A stretch of 63,985 nucleotides of DNA, filler included, from Stramenopiles sp. TOSAG23-2 (lineage: Eukaryota), in NCBI GenBank assembly GCA_900128395.1. It is 9 parts of 9 records of this genome, joined end to end, with 100 filler letters (N's around TTAATTAATTAA, not from the genome) between each part and the next. Parts side by side here need not be neighbours in the genome. Positions count along the whole stretch, not along the records: positions 21,675 to 28,773 come from LT650357.1; positions 28,874 to 35,970 come from LT650358.1; 7 more parts are not named here. The stretch is one strand, 5' to 3'. The translations under genes and the position numbers were made by a program. Under the pieces are notes generated by a model that saw nothing but the letters and a program-made list of their open reading frames with translations, searched no databases and was not told where the DNA came from. Every line of letters starts with the position of its first letter. Position 1 is the first letter of the stretch. Shown piece after piece: positions 21,730 to 31,714 of this stretch.

Positions 21730-23013
21730 TCAGCTTTAAAGCGCAAATTAAAATTGCAAAGGGAAGCGGAAGTTGCAAAAATGCGTATTGAAGATGAAGA
21801 GTCCCAACTATTTGAATCTAGGACTAGAACAGCTCTTGTTATAATAATAGCTTGGAGGAATAGATTAGGCCGTAATAGGCAAAGAGAAATCTTCAAAGCA
21901 TTTAAGCATAGAATATGGATTTCACGTTCCTTTTACAATCAAACTTCATTTCAAATGTTAAAAAGTGCACAAGAAGGTAGAACAGACGCAGTGAAACATT
22001 TGTTATTTGGTGGTGCTGATCCAAATGCTCGTGATGGTGGGGACTTTACATGTTTAATGCATGCTTCGGTAAAAAACCATGAGAAAACAGTTGAAGCCAT
22101 TTTAGAAGGTGGTGCTGATATACATCGTCAAGATAGTGATGGACATGATGCTTTGTATTATGCAATATATAATGGTATGGGAAAAGCAGCAGCAATGTTA
22201 TTGACATATGGCGCTAATATTGAAATGAAGACAGTTGAAGAAATATGTTTTCAAAGTGATGTAAAAAATCCAAATAATGCATATCGCATATATGAAATGG
22301 TTAGCAAATGGATAAATGGAGAAAAAGATGCTTCGTTTATGTTTTTGACAAAGAAAGAGGAACTAGGACTGTCCTATTCAGAATTAATGAAACATAACCG
22401 CGTAAAGAAGAAAACATATCAAGAGGAAACAATCAAAGACATGGCTGAACGGCTTAAGCAAGAACGTACACCAGTTAAAAGACCAAATGCTATTACTGCA
22501 TTAGGACTCTTAACGGTTGCTGAAAAAAATGCATTACTAGCACACAAGATTGAACAAGAGCGTTTGAGGCAAGAAGAGATACGCCAAAGATCTGATCAAA
22601 AAAGATATAAAGTAACAACAAAATTATCGACTGATAAATTATTAGAAATGAAACAAATTGAAAAACATACAAATGAATACATGCTCCATCGAATTACAAG
22701 AAAATTTCCCCGTAGTATAACACCAGCATTAGACATATACCCGAAGCAAAAACCACCAACACCATTAAAAACACCTCCTATGACACCATCTAAATTTTTC
22801 CCTAAATCTGGACATGTAAGGCCTGAATATTTAAAGCGTTTAGATACCATTGATGGACGAGTCCCATATGAATATGATCCATTGTATCAACCACAAATGA
22901 ATCGGAGCCCAAGCGCTAGGAGAGTACGTTTCTCCGATAAAAGTAGGTACGTGTTTCCCAGACGAGATTTTAACGACAATTATGTAGAAAATGGTGAATT
23001 GAAGTATGAGTAA
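21730..23013 (+). CDS. Ankyrin-repeat protein, 5'-truncated
   Basis: SAQEGRTDAVKHLLFGGADPNARD, TCLMHAS..NH..TVEAILEGGADI, DALYYAI..G....A.MLL.YGANI; open from the contig start. Confidence 0.85.
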   Translation, partial: SALKRKLKLQREAEVAKMRIEDEESQLFESRTRTALVIIIAWRNRLGRNRQREIFKAFKHRIWISRSFYNQTSFQMLKSAQEGRTDAVKHLLFGGADPNARDGGDFTCLMHASVKNHEKTVEAILEGGADIHRQDSDGHDALYYAIYNGMGKAAAMLLTYGANIEMKTVEEICFQSDVKNPNNAYRIYEMVSKWINGEKDASFMFLTKKEELGLSYSELMKHNRVKKKTYQEETIKDMAERLKQERTPVKRPNAITALGLLTVAEKNALLAHKIEQERLRQEEIRQRSDQKRYKVTTKLSTDKLLEMKQIEKHTNEYMLHRITRKFPRSITPALDIYPKQKPPTPLKTPPMTPSKFFPKSGHVRPEYLKRLDTIDGRVPYEYDPLYQPQMNRSPSARRVRFSDKSRYVFPRRDFNDNYVENGELKYE

Positions 23014-23267
23014 AATTGTACGTATAACGAAGTTCATACAAGTATAATACGAAGTACGAAGTATATATATATATACGAGTATATATATATCATATACTTC
23101 GTATATAATTTAATTTGTACGCCCATAATTTACGATTTGTATTTTTAATTCAGGGATTTACCGATGTGGTAATAATAAATGATATTTATTGTACTGGGTA
23201 AATACGAAGTATGATATGTGATATTTAAATATTGATACTTCTCGTATGACCATATCATTTTTAAAAC

Positions 23268-25700
23268 CTAAATTGAATCACCTCCATTAATATTTGATAA
23301 TGGGTCGTCATTGCTACTATTTTCGACAACAGTTTTATCAGTGCTGCCATTGTAATATTCAAAAATTTCTGGTAGTCTATTCAATCGATTAATATATTCA
23401 AGAATAGCTGGAAAATTATTTAATAAAGTAATATCACCAGTTGATCCAGTTTTTAAATCAACTAACTTTGGCAACCAGTAAAAATCGCATATCGATGGTA
23501 ATTCAGTATCAGATAGCCATAAATTTTTCTTGTTATTAATCTTTAAACGGTTTTCTAGAAATTGTAAATGTTTTGGAAAAATGTTTCTATTCAAATTTGA
23601 TTTCAAATCACTTAGACCATTTTCAGTAAAGCTATCTTTTTCAACACCGAACCTTTCATGGTACTTATATACTGACCAACCCGTAAACATGTCCGTTTGT
23701 TGATCCATAAATGCATCTACAAAACTAGCTACCAGTGGGTTTTTTGGATATATACATTTATCTGGACGATGTATTTGCGAAAGTTTTCCAACATAGCGCA
23801 ATATGGCAGCACTTTGAGTTAAAATAACACCGTCTATAAACAATGCAGGGACTTGGCCAAACATTAATGTTCCTGATTCTTTCATTTGGATGAACTCATC
23901 TCTACTCTTGAAACGATAATCTTCGAATGGTATGTTACAATATGTCAGTGCTAAACGTATAGCTTCACCTTTACCTTTCGCATCGAAATATACTAATTTT
24001 AAAATTGGTAGTTTCTTATCACTAGCCATCCTGTCATCATCTCCCTCGATTATTGAAGATGCAACTTTCTCACGTTTTTTCGAGCGTTTCATGAATCCTT
24101 TTACTTCTGGAGAGGCTAATGCTGGGGCGCCTTTACTGCTGTTGCCTCTACTACTAAAGCCATTTTGACCCATGTTGCTCTTATTCGTAGGTTCTGCATT
24201 CATCTCCCCAAATAAATTTTGAAAATTAACTTTTGGCATAGCGGCTGCGACAGATTTTACTGTTGAAACTAAATTATCCTTTGTCTTACCAATACCAGCA
24301 GTTCCACGCTTAATAGTATTACGAGTGAAACTTGTCCTCTTCCCGTTATCATTACTACTACTGCTATTGTCTGTATTAGATATTGATGGGGTTGCTTGTG
24401 GGACAACTTTTTTTGGTGCATATACTTTATTTGGCTGTTTTCGAATCTCTAATCCTCGTTGTACAAGGACCATGACATTTTCAACAGGCGGAAACTTCAT
24501 CAATCGTTGCAAACAACGCATTTCATCTTGCGCCATTAAAAATTCTCGCACAAAAATAACCATTGCAACGCCAACGTATTCAATAATTTCAACAATTTTA
24601 TCGGTCCTACCAGATGGAGAACTACCATTACCCCCCACATTAGATTGGGCAGCAAAAATACCATCCCATAAACACATCACATCTTCAATATGAAATTGCC
24701 TTCCAAACATTAACCGTACCCATGCTAGTGCATATAATTGTGGCTCAATGTTCATCTCAACCAATCGTTTATGTAATTGTGGGTCTGCTTTGTGTAAATA
24801 TTGATGATGGATACGATTACATGATTTCAACACAGGTGTTAATGAATCATCATTTTCAATTTCTGCAACTTTTTCATTCGCAACTTCAGCGCCGGAACGC
24901 TTTCTGGTAGCACCACCACGCTTTGCTAACAATCCTAGTGCACGTTCTTTTTCTCGCTGCCTTGCAAGAGCTTTGAAGTCACGTGCTTTAACAATAAATA
25001 ATGGTTCCATATCTTGCATAATCCTTTCAAAACACCAAAAACTATCCCCCTCAATACCATCCCGATTTGCCAATATAGTAACAGAATTATCCTTACCAAC
25101 GTCACCATCTTGTACATTTATACAATCCCATTCTAACTGATATACAATAGGTGCGAGAATTTCATGCATTCCTTGACGATATGAAGTTTCCGGATGCATA
25201 CGTGACCACAAAAATAACACGTTTGTCATGTATTCCCGTATAGTAGGATCTTCAAAAAACTCGTCACATCCAGTTGGATATAACCTTTGCATGTCTTTCT
25301 CTATTTCTTTTATTAATTCTTGCTCTGCATAAAATTTTTGCCACGAGCTTTCTTCACCGCCTTCATTATCCCCATCGTCCAATGGATCGCTCATACAAGA
25401 TAAAGGGTCATCATCATCATCTTCAGTTGGATCTGTTTTATATTCTTTCATCAGTTGTTGGTATTCTTCACGTTTTTTTAAAATATGCTTTCCCCAAGTC
25501 TCAGGTGGCTGATCATCAGGTAAAACCCCAAGAAATAGTTTCCATGCAATCGACCTAATTTTAGTATGACGCATTGCCCCTTCGACGCTTTTCTCTCGTA
25601 AACGAGAAAAGTCTGTGTTATTTGGTGGAAACCATGTATTAAAATCCTCCTGAATAATATCAAGTGAACGTGCACCAAATGAATTTCTCCGTGATGACAT
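23268..25700 (-). CDS. TBC1D5-like Rab-GAP fused to a C-terminal sigma-class-like glutathione S-transferase
   Basis: RSIAWKLFLG, IEKDMQRLYP (R finger), YRQGMHEILAP (Q finger) and WVRLMFGRQF; then LKLVYFDAKGKGEAIRLAL...FEDYR, FGQVP.L..DG..LTQS.AILRY and SICD. One uninterrupted ORF. Confidence 0.88.
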   Translation of the reverse strand: MSSRRNSFGARSLDIIQEDFNTWFPPNNTDFSRLREKSVEGAMRHTKIRSIAWKLFLGVLPDDQPPETWGKHILKKREEYQQLMKEYKTDPTEDDDDDPLSCMSDPLDDGDNEGGEESSWQKFYAEQELIKEIEKDMQRLYPTGCDEFFEDPTIREYMTNVLFLWSRMHPETSYRQGMHEILAPIVYQLEWDCINVQDGDVGKDNSVTILANRDGIEGDSFWCFERIMQDMEPLFIVKARDFKALARQREKERALGLLAKRGGATRKRSGAEVANEKVAEIENDDSLTPVLKSCNRIHHQYLHKADPQLHKRLVEMNIEPQLYALAWVRLMFGRQFHIEDVMCLWDGIFAAQSNVGGNGSSPSGRTDKIVEIIEYVGVAMVIFVREFLMAQDEMRCLQRLMKFPPVENVMVLVQRGLEIRKQPNKVYAPKKVVPQATPSISNTDNSSSSNDNGKRTSFTRNTIKRGTAGIGKTKDNLVSTVKSVAAAMPKVNFQNLFGEMNAEPTNKSNMGQNGFSSRGNSSKGAPALASPEVKGFMKRSKKREKVASSIIEGDDDRMASDKKLPILKLVYFDAKGKGEAIRLALTYCNIPFEDYRFKSRDEFIQMKESGTLMFGQVPALFIDGVILTQSAAILRYVGKLSQIHRPDKCIYPKNPLVASFVDAFMDQQTDMFTGWSVYKYHERFGVEKDSFTENGLSDLKSNLNRNIFPKHLQFLENRLKINNKKNLWLSDTELPSICDFYWLPKLVDLKTGSTGDITLLNNFPAILEYINRLNRLPEIFEYYNGSTDKTVVENSSNDDPLSNINGGDSI

Positions 25701-26502
25701 TTTTTTCCCCTTCTTCTTCTTTCCTGTTGTTGTTGTTCTTGTTCTCTCTCTTTCTATATTAATATTCTTTCTCCCTTTTGTGTCGTTTTTTGTTGTAAAC
25801 AATTTTCCACTAATCAAAAACTATATGTGTCTTCAATAATCAATGTATAATAAATACGTAAATATAATTTTTGTATATTGCTATTGCAGGTGCTATTATT
25901 ATTATTTATTATTAGCTTCGTGCTATATATCATATATATATATTAAAAAAATAAATAGTAATATAAAAAAAATAATTCTCCTGGCTGCTGGCTGGAGGAC
26001 TGCTGGACTGTGCGACTGATTATTTTGATGTGTGCCTGGTGTGCATGTGCCACTATTTTTTAAAAAAAATTCTACTTTCGATATTCAATACCAGGCATAT
26101 AATACCTGGCATATAATACTGCCAGACTGGCATCATCATAGACAGACGACTATAATATTTACAATGTCTATATTATTATTACTATTATTTTAATCTAGAT
26201 TTAATTTAAATAAAAAAATGAAAATTATTTTTTTATGTTTTTCCTCCTCTCTCCTCTCTTTTATCAAATTCATACGAATTGAAATATGAAAAAGATTGAT
26301 CATAATATTCAAATATTTTATATATATTGATATTCCACAATTGTTTTTTGGAATATACATATATAATATATATCCGTATACATCACTTTAAAATAAATTA
26401 AATACGAACTCGTATTTCATTTTTTGAATACATTTTATCTCAAATATAAATCTTAATATATTCAAAAGAGACATATTATATCATAGGTATCATATTAAAA
26501 GT

Positions 26503-28425
26503 TTATGAAATTACGCAACAACCACCGTCTTTGGGTGGCAATGTTGCTTCCATTGCTTTTTTCTCATCTGCTTTCCGCAGTTCCGCTTCTAAGCGCTCGT
26601 TCTCTTTCAATGCCTCTTGGCGTTTCTCTTCTGCATCTTTCTTTGCTTGCATTTCCAATTCTTTTTTATGCTGCTCCTGTGCTTTTCTTTCCTTTTCTTC
26701 TTCATCTTTTTTCAATTGCTCTGCAGCTTTTCTTTCTTCCTCCTCTGCCTCTTTACTAGATTCACCAGATGTTGTCATGACTTGCTTCGATATTACGCGT
26801 TCCAAATGTTGTGGTACAGGCTTATGTACTTGATCTTCCACGTTGTCTGGTGCAGCTTCTTTTGCCTTGGAAAATGACATTTTTTGCATTGATTTTGCTT
26901 TCACTAATGCAACTGGGTGCATTTTTTCATACCAAAAATCTTCACAACCCGCAACAAATTCTGGCCAGCTTAAATCACCACTATCATCATCATCTAAATC
27001 GTTAAATTTAGCAACAATTTGATCAGCAATAGATGGGAAGAAGCGTTTCATTAAGCTATTTTCTTTCTCCAAATGTGCTTTTACTTGTTCTACGCTAACT
27101 ACCGTCGAATCTGTCACTTCATTCGCGGTAGCAACGTCTTCGAACACTGCAGCATAATGCGCCATACGAGCTGCATGACTTACACCTTGACAACCGTCTA
27201 ATAGAAAATCTTTAAACTCCGTCCATGTTACTTTACCATCCCCATTTTCATCTAGCTCTTTAAACAACTCAGTGGCTGGTTTATTGGGTAGCACGATTGC
27301 TGCTGCGTCTTGGTACACTGCCATTCCTGCTGCTTCAATTTGTTCTAATGTTACAAACGTGCTACTTTCATTGCCCTCGCCTTTAATTTTGTTAAATATA
27401 ACACGTAATATTTTTTCAATTTCTGCAGCACGTTTATCATCTTCCAAATCTTTAATGCGTTTTTCCTCATTCGCAGTAGTACGTAAGAAAGTCAATTCTA
27501 GATTGATATTTCCAGTAGCTTTAGCAGCTGTGATTAACTTAACTAGCGATTTCAGATCATCACCTTTCTCCCCATTGACTTTAATCAGTTGATCTCGAAT
27601 ACAAATAACGCCATCTTGCTCTGCTTGGCCTTTAGTTCCGTCTTTGCGTCTAGAGAAACGATTGACGAAGACGATACCAGGCATACGCAATTGACTAACT
27701 TTAAACTGTTTCATCGCTTTCGTTTTGATAATCTCACAACTGTAAACGATATCATCTAAATTGTCATCGGGACCAATCTTGTCTTTTACCATGCATAGAA
27801 TAGCATCGCCTTTTTTCTTAACCAATTTGCTCAACTCAGGGTCGCTTTGAATAGCTTCCTTATCAAAAACTTGCACTTTTTTACCTGTCAAATTTGCTTT
27901 ACGTTTCTCTGATATTGCAATTGGTTTACTCAAACCTAACGCCATACCTAAGCCTAATTCTAAATCGTAAATAACGTTAGCAACTACTTCAATGCCACCA
28001 CTAAGTGATTTGCCACTGCTAGCAGTGCTTGGTCGCGCCTCTCCTTCTTTTTCATTGTTATTTGCCTCGCCACTCTCTCGTGTTGTGATTGGTTTTGATT
28101 GAGGTGCAGGCGGTGCCGTCATAAGTTTTGGCACATCGAATGGATGAAATCTGTTACCTTCATCTCCATCATCCCACCTTAGCTCTACTTGTGATTCAAG
28201 AACATCATAAATTATGCCGGAATAAAGTTTATTATCCGATTTACCCAACACATTTACACGATCTCCAATTGCAAAGCCCGTTCGAGAACGATCATCAAGC
28301 AAAGACTGTTTAGTCACGTTTTTAGTTTCCCCATTATGAGCGTCTACTTTTACTATTATTGTTTCCGCCTGTTTTTCCTCTGAATTAGTTGTAGCTACTT
28401 CTTCTTCTTTTCCTTTTTCTGCCAT
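26503..28425 (-). CDS. Multidomain Ca2+-binding scaffold: Tudor/SH3-like + PDZ + EF-hands + coiled coil + CaaX
   Basis: FAIGDRV..Y.G.I...VELRWDDGD; GLGM.L...G.AEQDG.I..RDQLIKVNG...LTFLR; DENGDGKVTWTEF and DDDDSGDLSWPEF; ends GGCCVIS. Confidence 0.8.
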   Translation of the reverse strand: MAEKGKEEEVATTNSEEKQAETIIVKVDAHNGETKNVTKQSLLDDRSRTGFAIGDRVNVLGKSDNKLYSGIIYDVLESQVELRWDDGDEGNRFHPFDVPKLMTAPPAPQSKPITTRESGEANNNEKEGEARPSTASSGKSLSGGIEVVANVIYDLELGLGMALGLSKPIAISEKRKANLTGKKVQVFDKEAIQSDPELSKLVKKKGDAILCMVKDKIGPDDNLDDIVYSCEIIKTKAMKQFKVSQLRMPGIVFVNRFSRRKDGTKGQAEQDGVICIRDQLIKVNGEKGDDLKSLVKLITAAKATGNINLELTFLRTTANEEKRIKDLEDDKRAAEIEKILRVIFNKIKGEGNESSTFVTLEQIEAAGMAVYQDAAAIVLPNKPATELFKELDENGDGKVTWTEFKDFLLDGCQGVSHAARMAHYAAVFEDVATANEVTDSTVVSVEQVKAHLEKENSLMKRFFPSIADQIVAKFNDLDDDDSGDLSWPEFVAGCEDFWYEKMHPVALVKAKSMQKMSFSKAKEAAPDNVEDQVHKPVPQHLERVISKQVMTTSGESSKEAEEEERKAAEQLKKDEEEKERKAQEQHKKELEMQAKKDAEEKRQEALKENERLEAELRKADEKKAMEATLPPKDGGCCVIS

Positions 28426-28773
28426 CCTATAATTCTTTTCCTCCTTTTCCTTCAAATAACAATTGATACTGTGAAAGATTATGATACTGTGAAAGATAAT
28501 TACCTATATACTACTATTGTTTCTATCAAATGTTGCAATGGTATATTTTTGACATTGGTATGTAGATATATGTATGTAGTAAATATAAACTATATACTCG
28601 CCGAAAATTAAAAAAATGAGATGTGATATAATAATATATATATATATGTTGTTATTATAATTTCCTGTGTGGTAATCCTATGTTAAATATTAGGAAAAAA
28701 ATAAATTATACTATAACTGTAATAACGTGATAAAGATCTGAGGAGTGCAGTTTACTTGTGCCCAAGCCAGGCA

Positions 28774-28873
28774 NNNNNNNNNNNNNNNNNNNNNNNNNNN
28801 NNNNNNNNNNNNNNNNNTTAATTAATTAANNNNNNNNNNNNNNNNNNNNNNNNNNNNNNNNNNNNNNNNNNNN
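28774..28873. other. Artificial contig spacer
   Basis: N44-TTAATTAATTAA-N44. Confidence 0.98.
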
Positions 28874-29394
28874 TTGTTGTTTTATTTTAATTTCTTATTA
28901 TTATTATTCAAATATAATAATCATAAGTATTATTATACTATTATAGCAAATTAGTATTCATAAAACATGGCACATGTATTGCTTTAACTATATTATGATA
29001 CGTTAGAATTGTTATCGATATATGTTATATTTTATATACCCCCATGCAAATGTATAGTACATTTTTTTTAATGGTGGCTACAAAAAGTCAAAAAGGTATG
29101 CTGGTATATAATGGTCGAGAATAATTCTTTTTTGCATACAGAAGAAAATCGATTAAATGTTTTTATTTACATAATCAATACATTAGGTTAATATGATGTA
29201 TTATGGTAGATGACTTTTCATTTATTAATAATATTTATAGAACATCGTATGATATATGTATGGAAGTCTGTTTTTTTTTTTCAAGAAGCTATATCATGTG
29301 GTGGTGTGGTGGTGTTAATATTTATAACGATGGATATTAAATACGATGATGCGTGCGTGCTATTAAAGGGTATTTGCTATTTGTTCTAATTTAT

Positions 29395-29595
29395 AAAGCT
29401 GTATAAAAGCTGTAAGCTGTAAGCTGTAAGCTGTATAAGCTGTAAAGCTGTAAAGTGTAAAGCGTAAAGCTAAAGTTAAAGTGGTGCTGTGTGCTGTGTG
29501 GTGTGCTGTATGCTGTATAGTTGTATTGTGTATTTTAAGTTTACAAAAGTAAAAAAGCTGTAATAAAAAAAAAAGCTGTAAAAAAAGCTGTAAAG
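29395..29595. repeat. Degenerate (AAGCTGT)n / GCTGT stutter array
   Basis: AAGCTGTAAGCTGTAAGCTGTAAGCTGTATAAGCTGTAAAGCTGT..., then TGCTGT variants and more AAAGCTGTAA units. Confidence 0.85.
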
Positions 29596-29615
29596 TTATT
29601 ATCCATCTTTCGTCA

Positions 29616-31271
29616 CTCTAGGAAACGTTTGTGGCCCCGATGTCCCCATGAGGCCCCAATGTTCCCGATGGCCCCGGTTTAAGGTGAATTTTCTTGCAAT
29701 AAATTTCCGAAATCCATTCTCCCGCAGTTCTCTGTTTTTGCTTCACTAAAACATAAAAACCCTAAAATATTTGTATACTACTGAAGTACAAATCTCCTAT
29801 AGATAACTCAGATGCTATGCAATGTAATTCACAAAAAAATAAGGGTCTGGGGCCGCTGTGAATTTAAACGTTAGAATTCCAACAAAAGGTTAAGGTAATA
29901 ATGTCTTTGAGTTTTGGCAGTTAGGATTTTTACGAAAAAAAGGCCAAAATATACACCGTGTTACCATTGCAAATATTTCCAAAAAAAAATTTTAAATCAC
30001 CAAGTTAAAAACTCGGTTTTATGGAAATTAGCGGGGCCATAGCACTAAATAAATTTGCACTAAACACTCAACAAATTTACAACTTTACAACACACACAAA
30101 CATATATAATATATATAATAGATAGATGAATAGATATATATCTGAACAAACAAAAGAAACATACTGTATAAAGATATTAGTTGCGAATATCTATTCGGAA
30201 TAATTGAATAATATTACTAATTTTGTCGAAGAATGAATCGAGACTATGCTATATTGAAGGTAAGTATTGTCATGCAGGTAAGTTCCGCACCTTTATAATA
30301 TAAATGAAAATCATTTAATGTCAACGAAAGTATAGCCTAGGTAAGTACTTCTGAGATGGTAGACATTAACATTACTAACAACGAATGTGAATTCCAAATG
30401 TCTGTTTCTTAAACAAAACAGGGTTACGCAGAAGGGTCTGCTAGAAAGTTAAAGCTAAGCCACATTGTAAATCAAATTGACCGTGTGAAAAACAGTGCAG
30501 CTGATCAAAATGCGCCAATTGATTGGTTTAGCAGCGATGAGGAGGAGGAAGGGGGAAATTGTTTGAAAAGACCGAGCATGCACCAGAATTAAGTGAACAT
30601 GAATTAATTGTACAAAAAAGTGCCGTACGTGTTGTAGCCATATCGTTACTTGTAAATTAATATTTAAATAACATATTTGAAGAAACGTACGTCGTACTGG
30701 TTAGTAGAAATGGTAAGTATTAATCATTGGTAAGTTTGTATACGCGTTGCAAGATGTAAATGATGCTAGTTTATTTTGATTTTCTTCGAGCAGTGCCGTA
30801 ATAAAAAATAGTGTAAAAAAGGTATAATCTTCTATATAATATTTATATAGTAACAAGTATATATTGTTTTATTGGAAAATTCCTCATAATTTAATGCATA
30901 ATATATAGGTAGATAAAACACTAAGTGTACAACATAATATAGTAATTTGTTATACTTTTATTTTGTAAATGAACACTTAATTCCCAAATTATCTAACCCT
31001 GACCCTAACCCCCCTAATGCTATTACGGCTGATGGATTCCCCCATCCGCCCCAATGTCCCCATGAGGCCCCAGGGTTCCCGGGGAAAACGCCTTTTTAAG
31101 GGTTTAATATTATTGAACATAATGTATGTTTAAAAATTTTTCAAAACTGTTCCAAAATTGCCAAAATGTGCCAAATAACCTTATTTCAATTTTATTAAAA
31201 ATAACAGGCAAATAACACTAGGGAACATCGGGGCCTCATGGGGACATCGGGGCCACAAACGTTTCCTAGAG
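29616..31271. mobile_element. Non-autonomous DNA transposon with ~51-bp GC-rich TIRs
   Basis: Left CTCTAGGAAACGTTTGTGGCCCCGATGTCCCCATGAGGCCCCAATGTTCCC matches the reverse complement of 31221-31271 with one mismatch. Extra internal TIR-like copy at ~31049-31080; telomere-like CTAACCCTGACCCTAACCC at ~30993-31011; no long ORF. Confidence 0.88.
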
Positions 31272-31714
31272 CATCTTTCATCTTTCATATCAGAAGAACT
31301 CAGAATTTTTGATCTTCCTATTATGTCACATACTCTAACAAGCACGAACAAGGTCCATCAAATCCAAAAAATAGGATTTTTGATATAAAAATATCTCTCA
31401 TGGCTTTTTTGCTCTGTGTGTGTGTTTGATCGTTTGTATATATATATATATTGTGTATTCATCCATATTTTACATCATATATATACAGTAGTAGTACAAG
31501 TAGTGTGCTTTGAACAAGTGGCGAGATAAAGAAGAATAAGAAGAGAATTCATTCAAATAAAAAAAAAATAAAAAAAATTTCATCATCAAATTTTCTCGTA
31601 ATTTTTTTAATTAATTTACGTGATTTTTTTGTGTAAAATTACAAGATATCTTTTGAAGTAAATTAGATCTTGATTTATATTCTGTATATCCTTTTGTTTT
31701 TAACATTTTCAACA

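Noticed and set aside
30993-31016. Telomere
   Set aside because: Only about three degenerate CCCTAA units, internal to a TIR element and not at a contig end.
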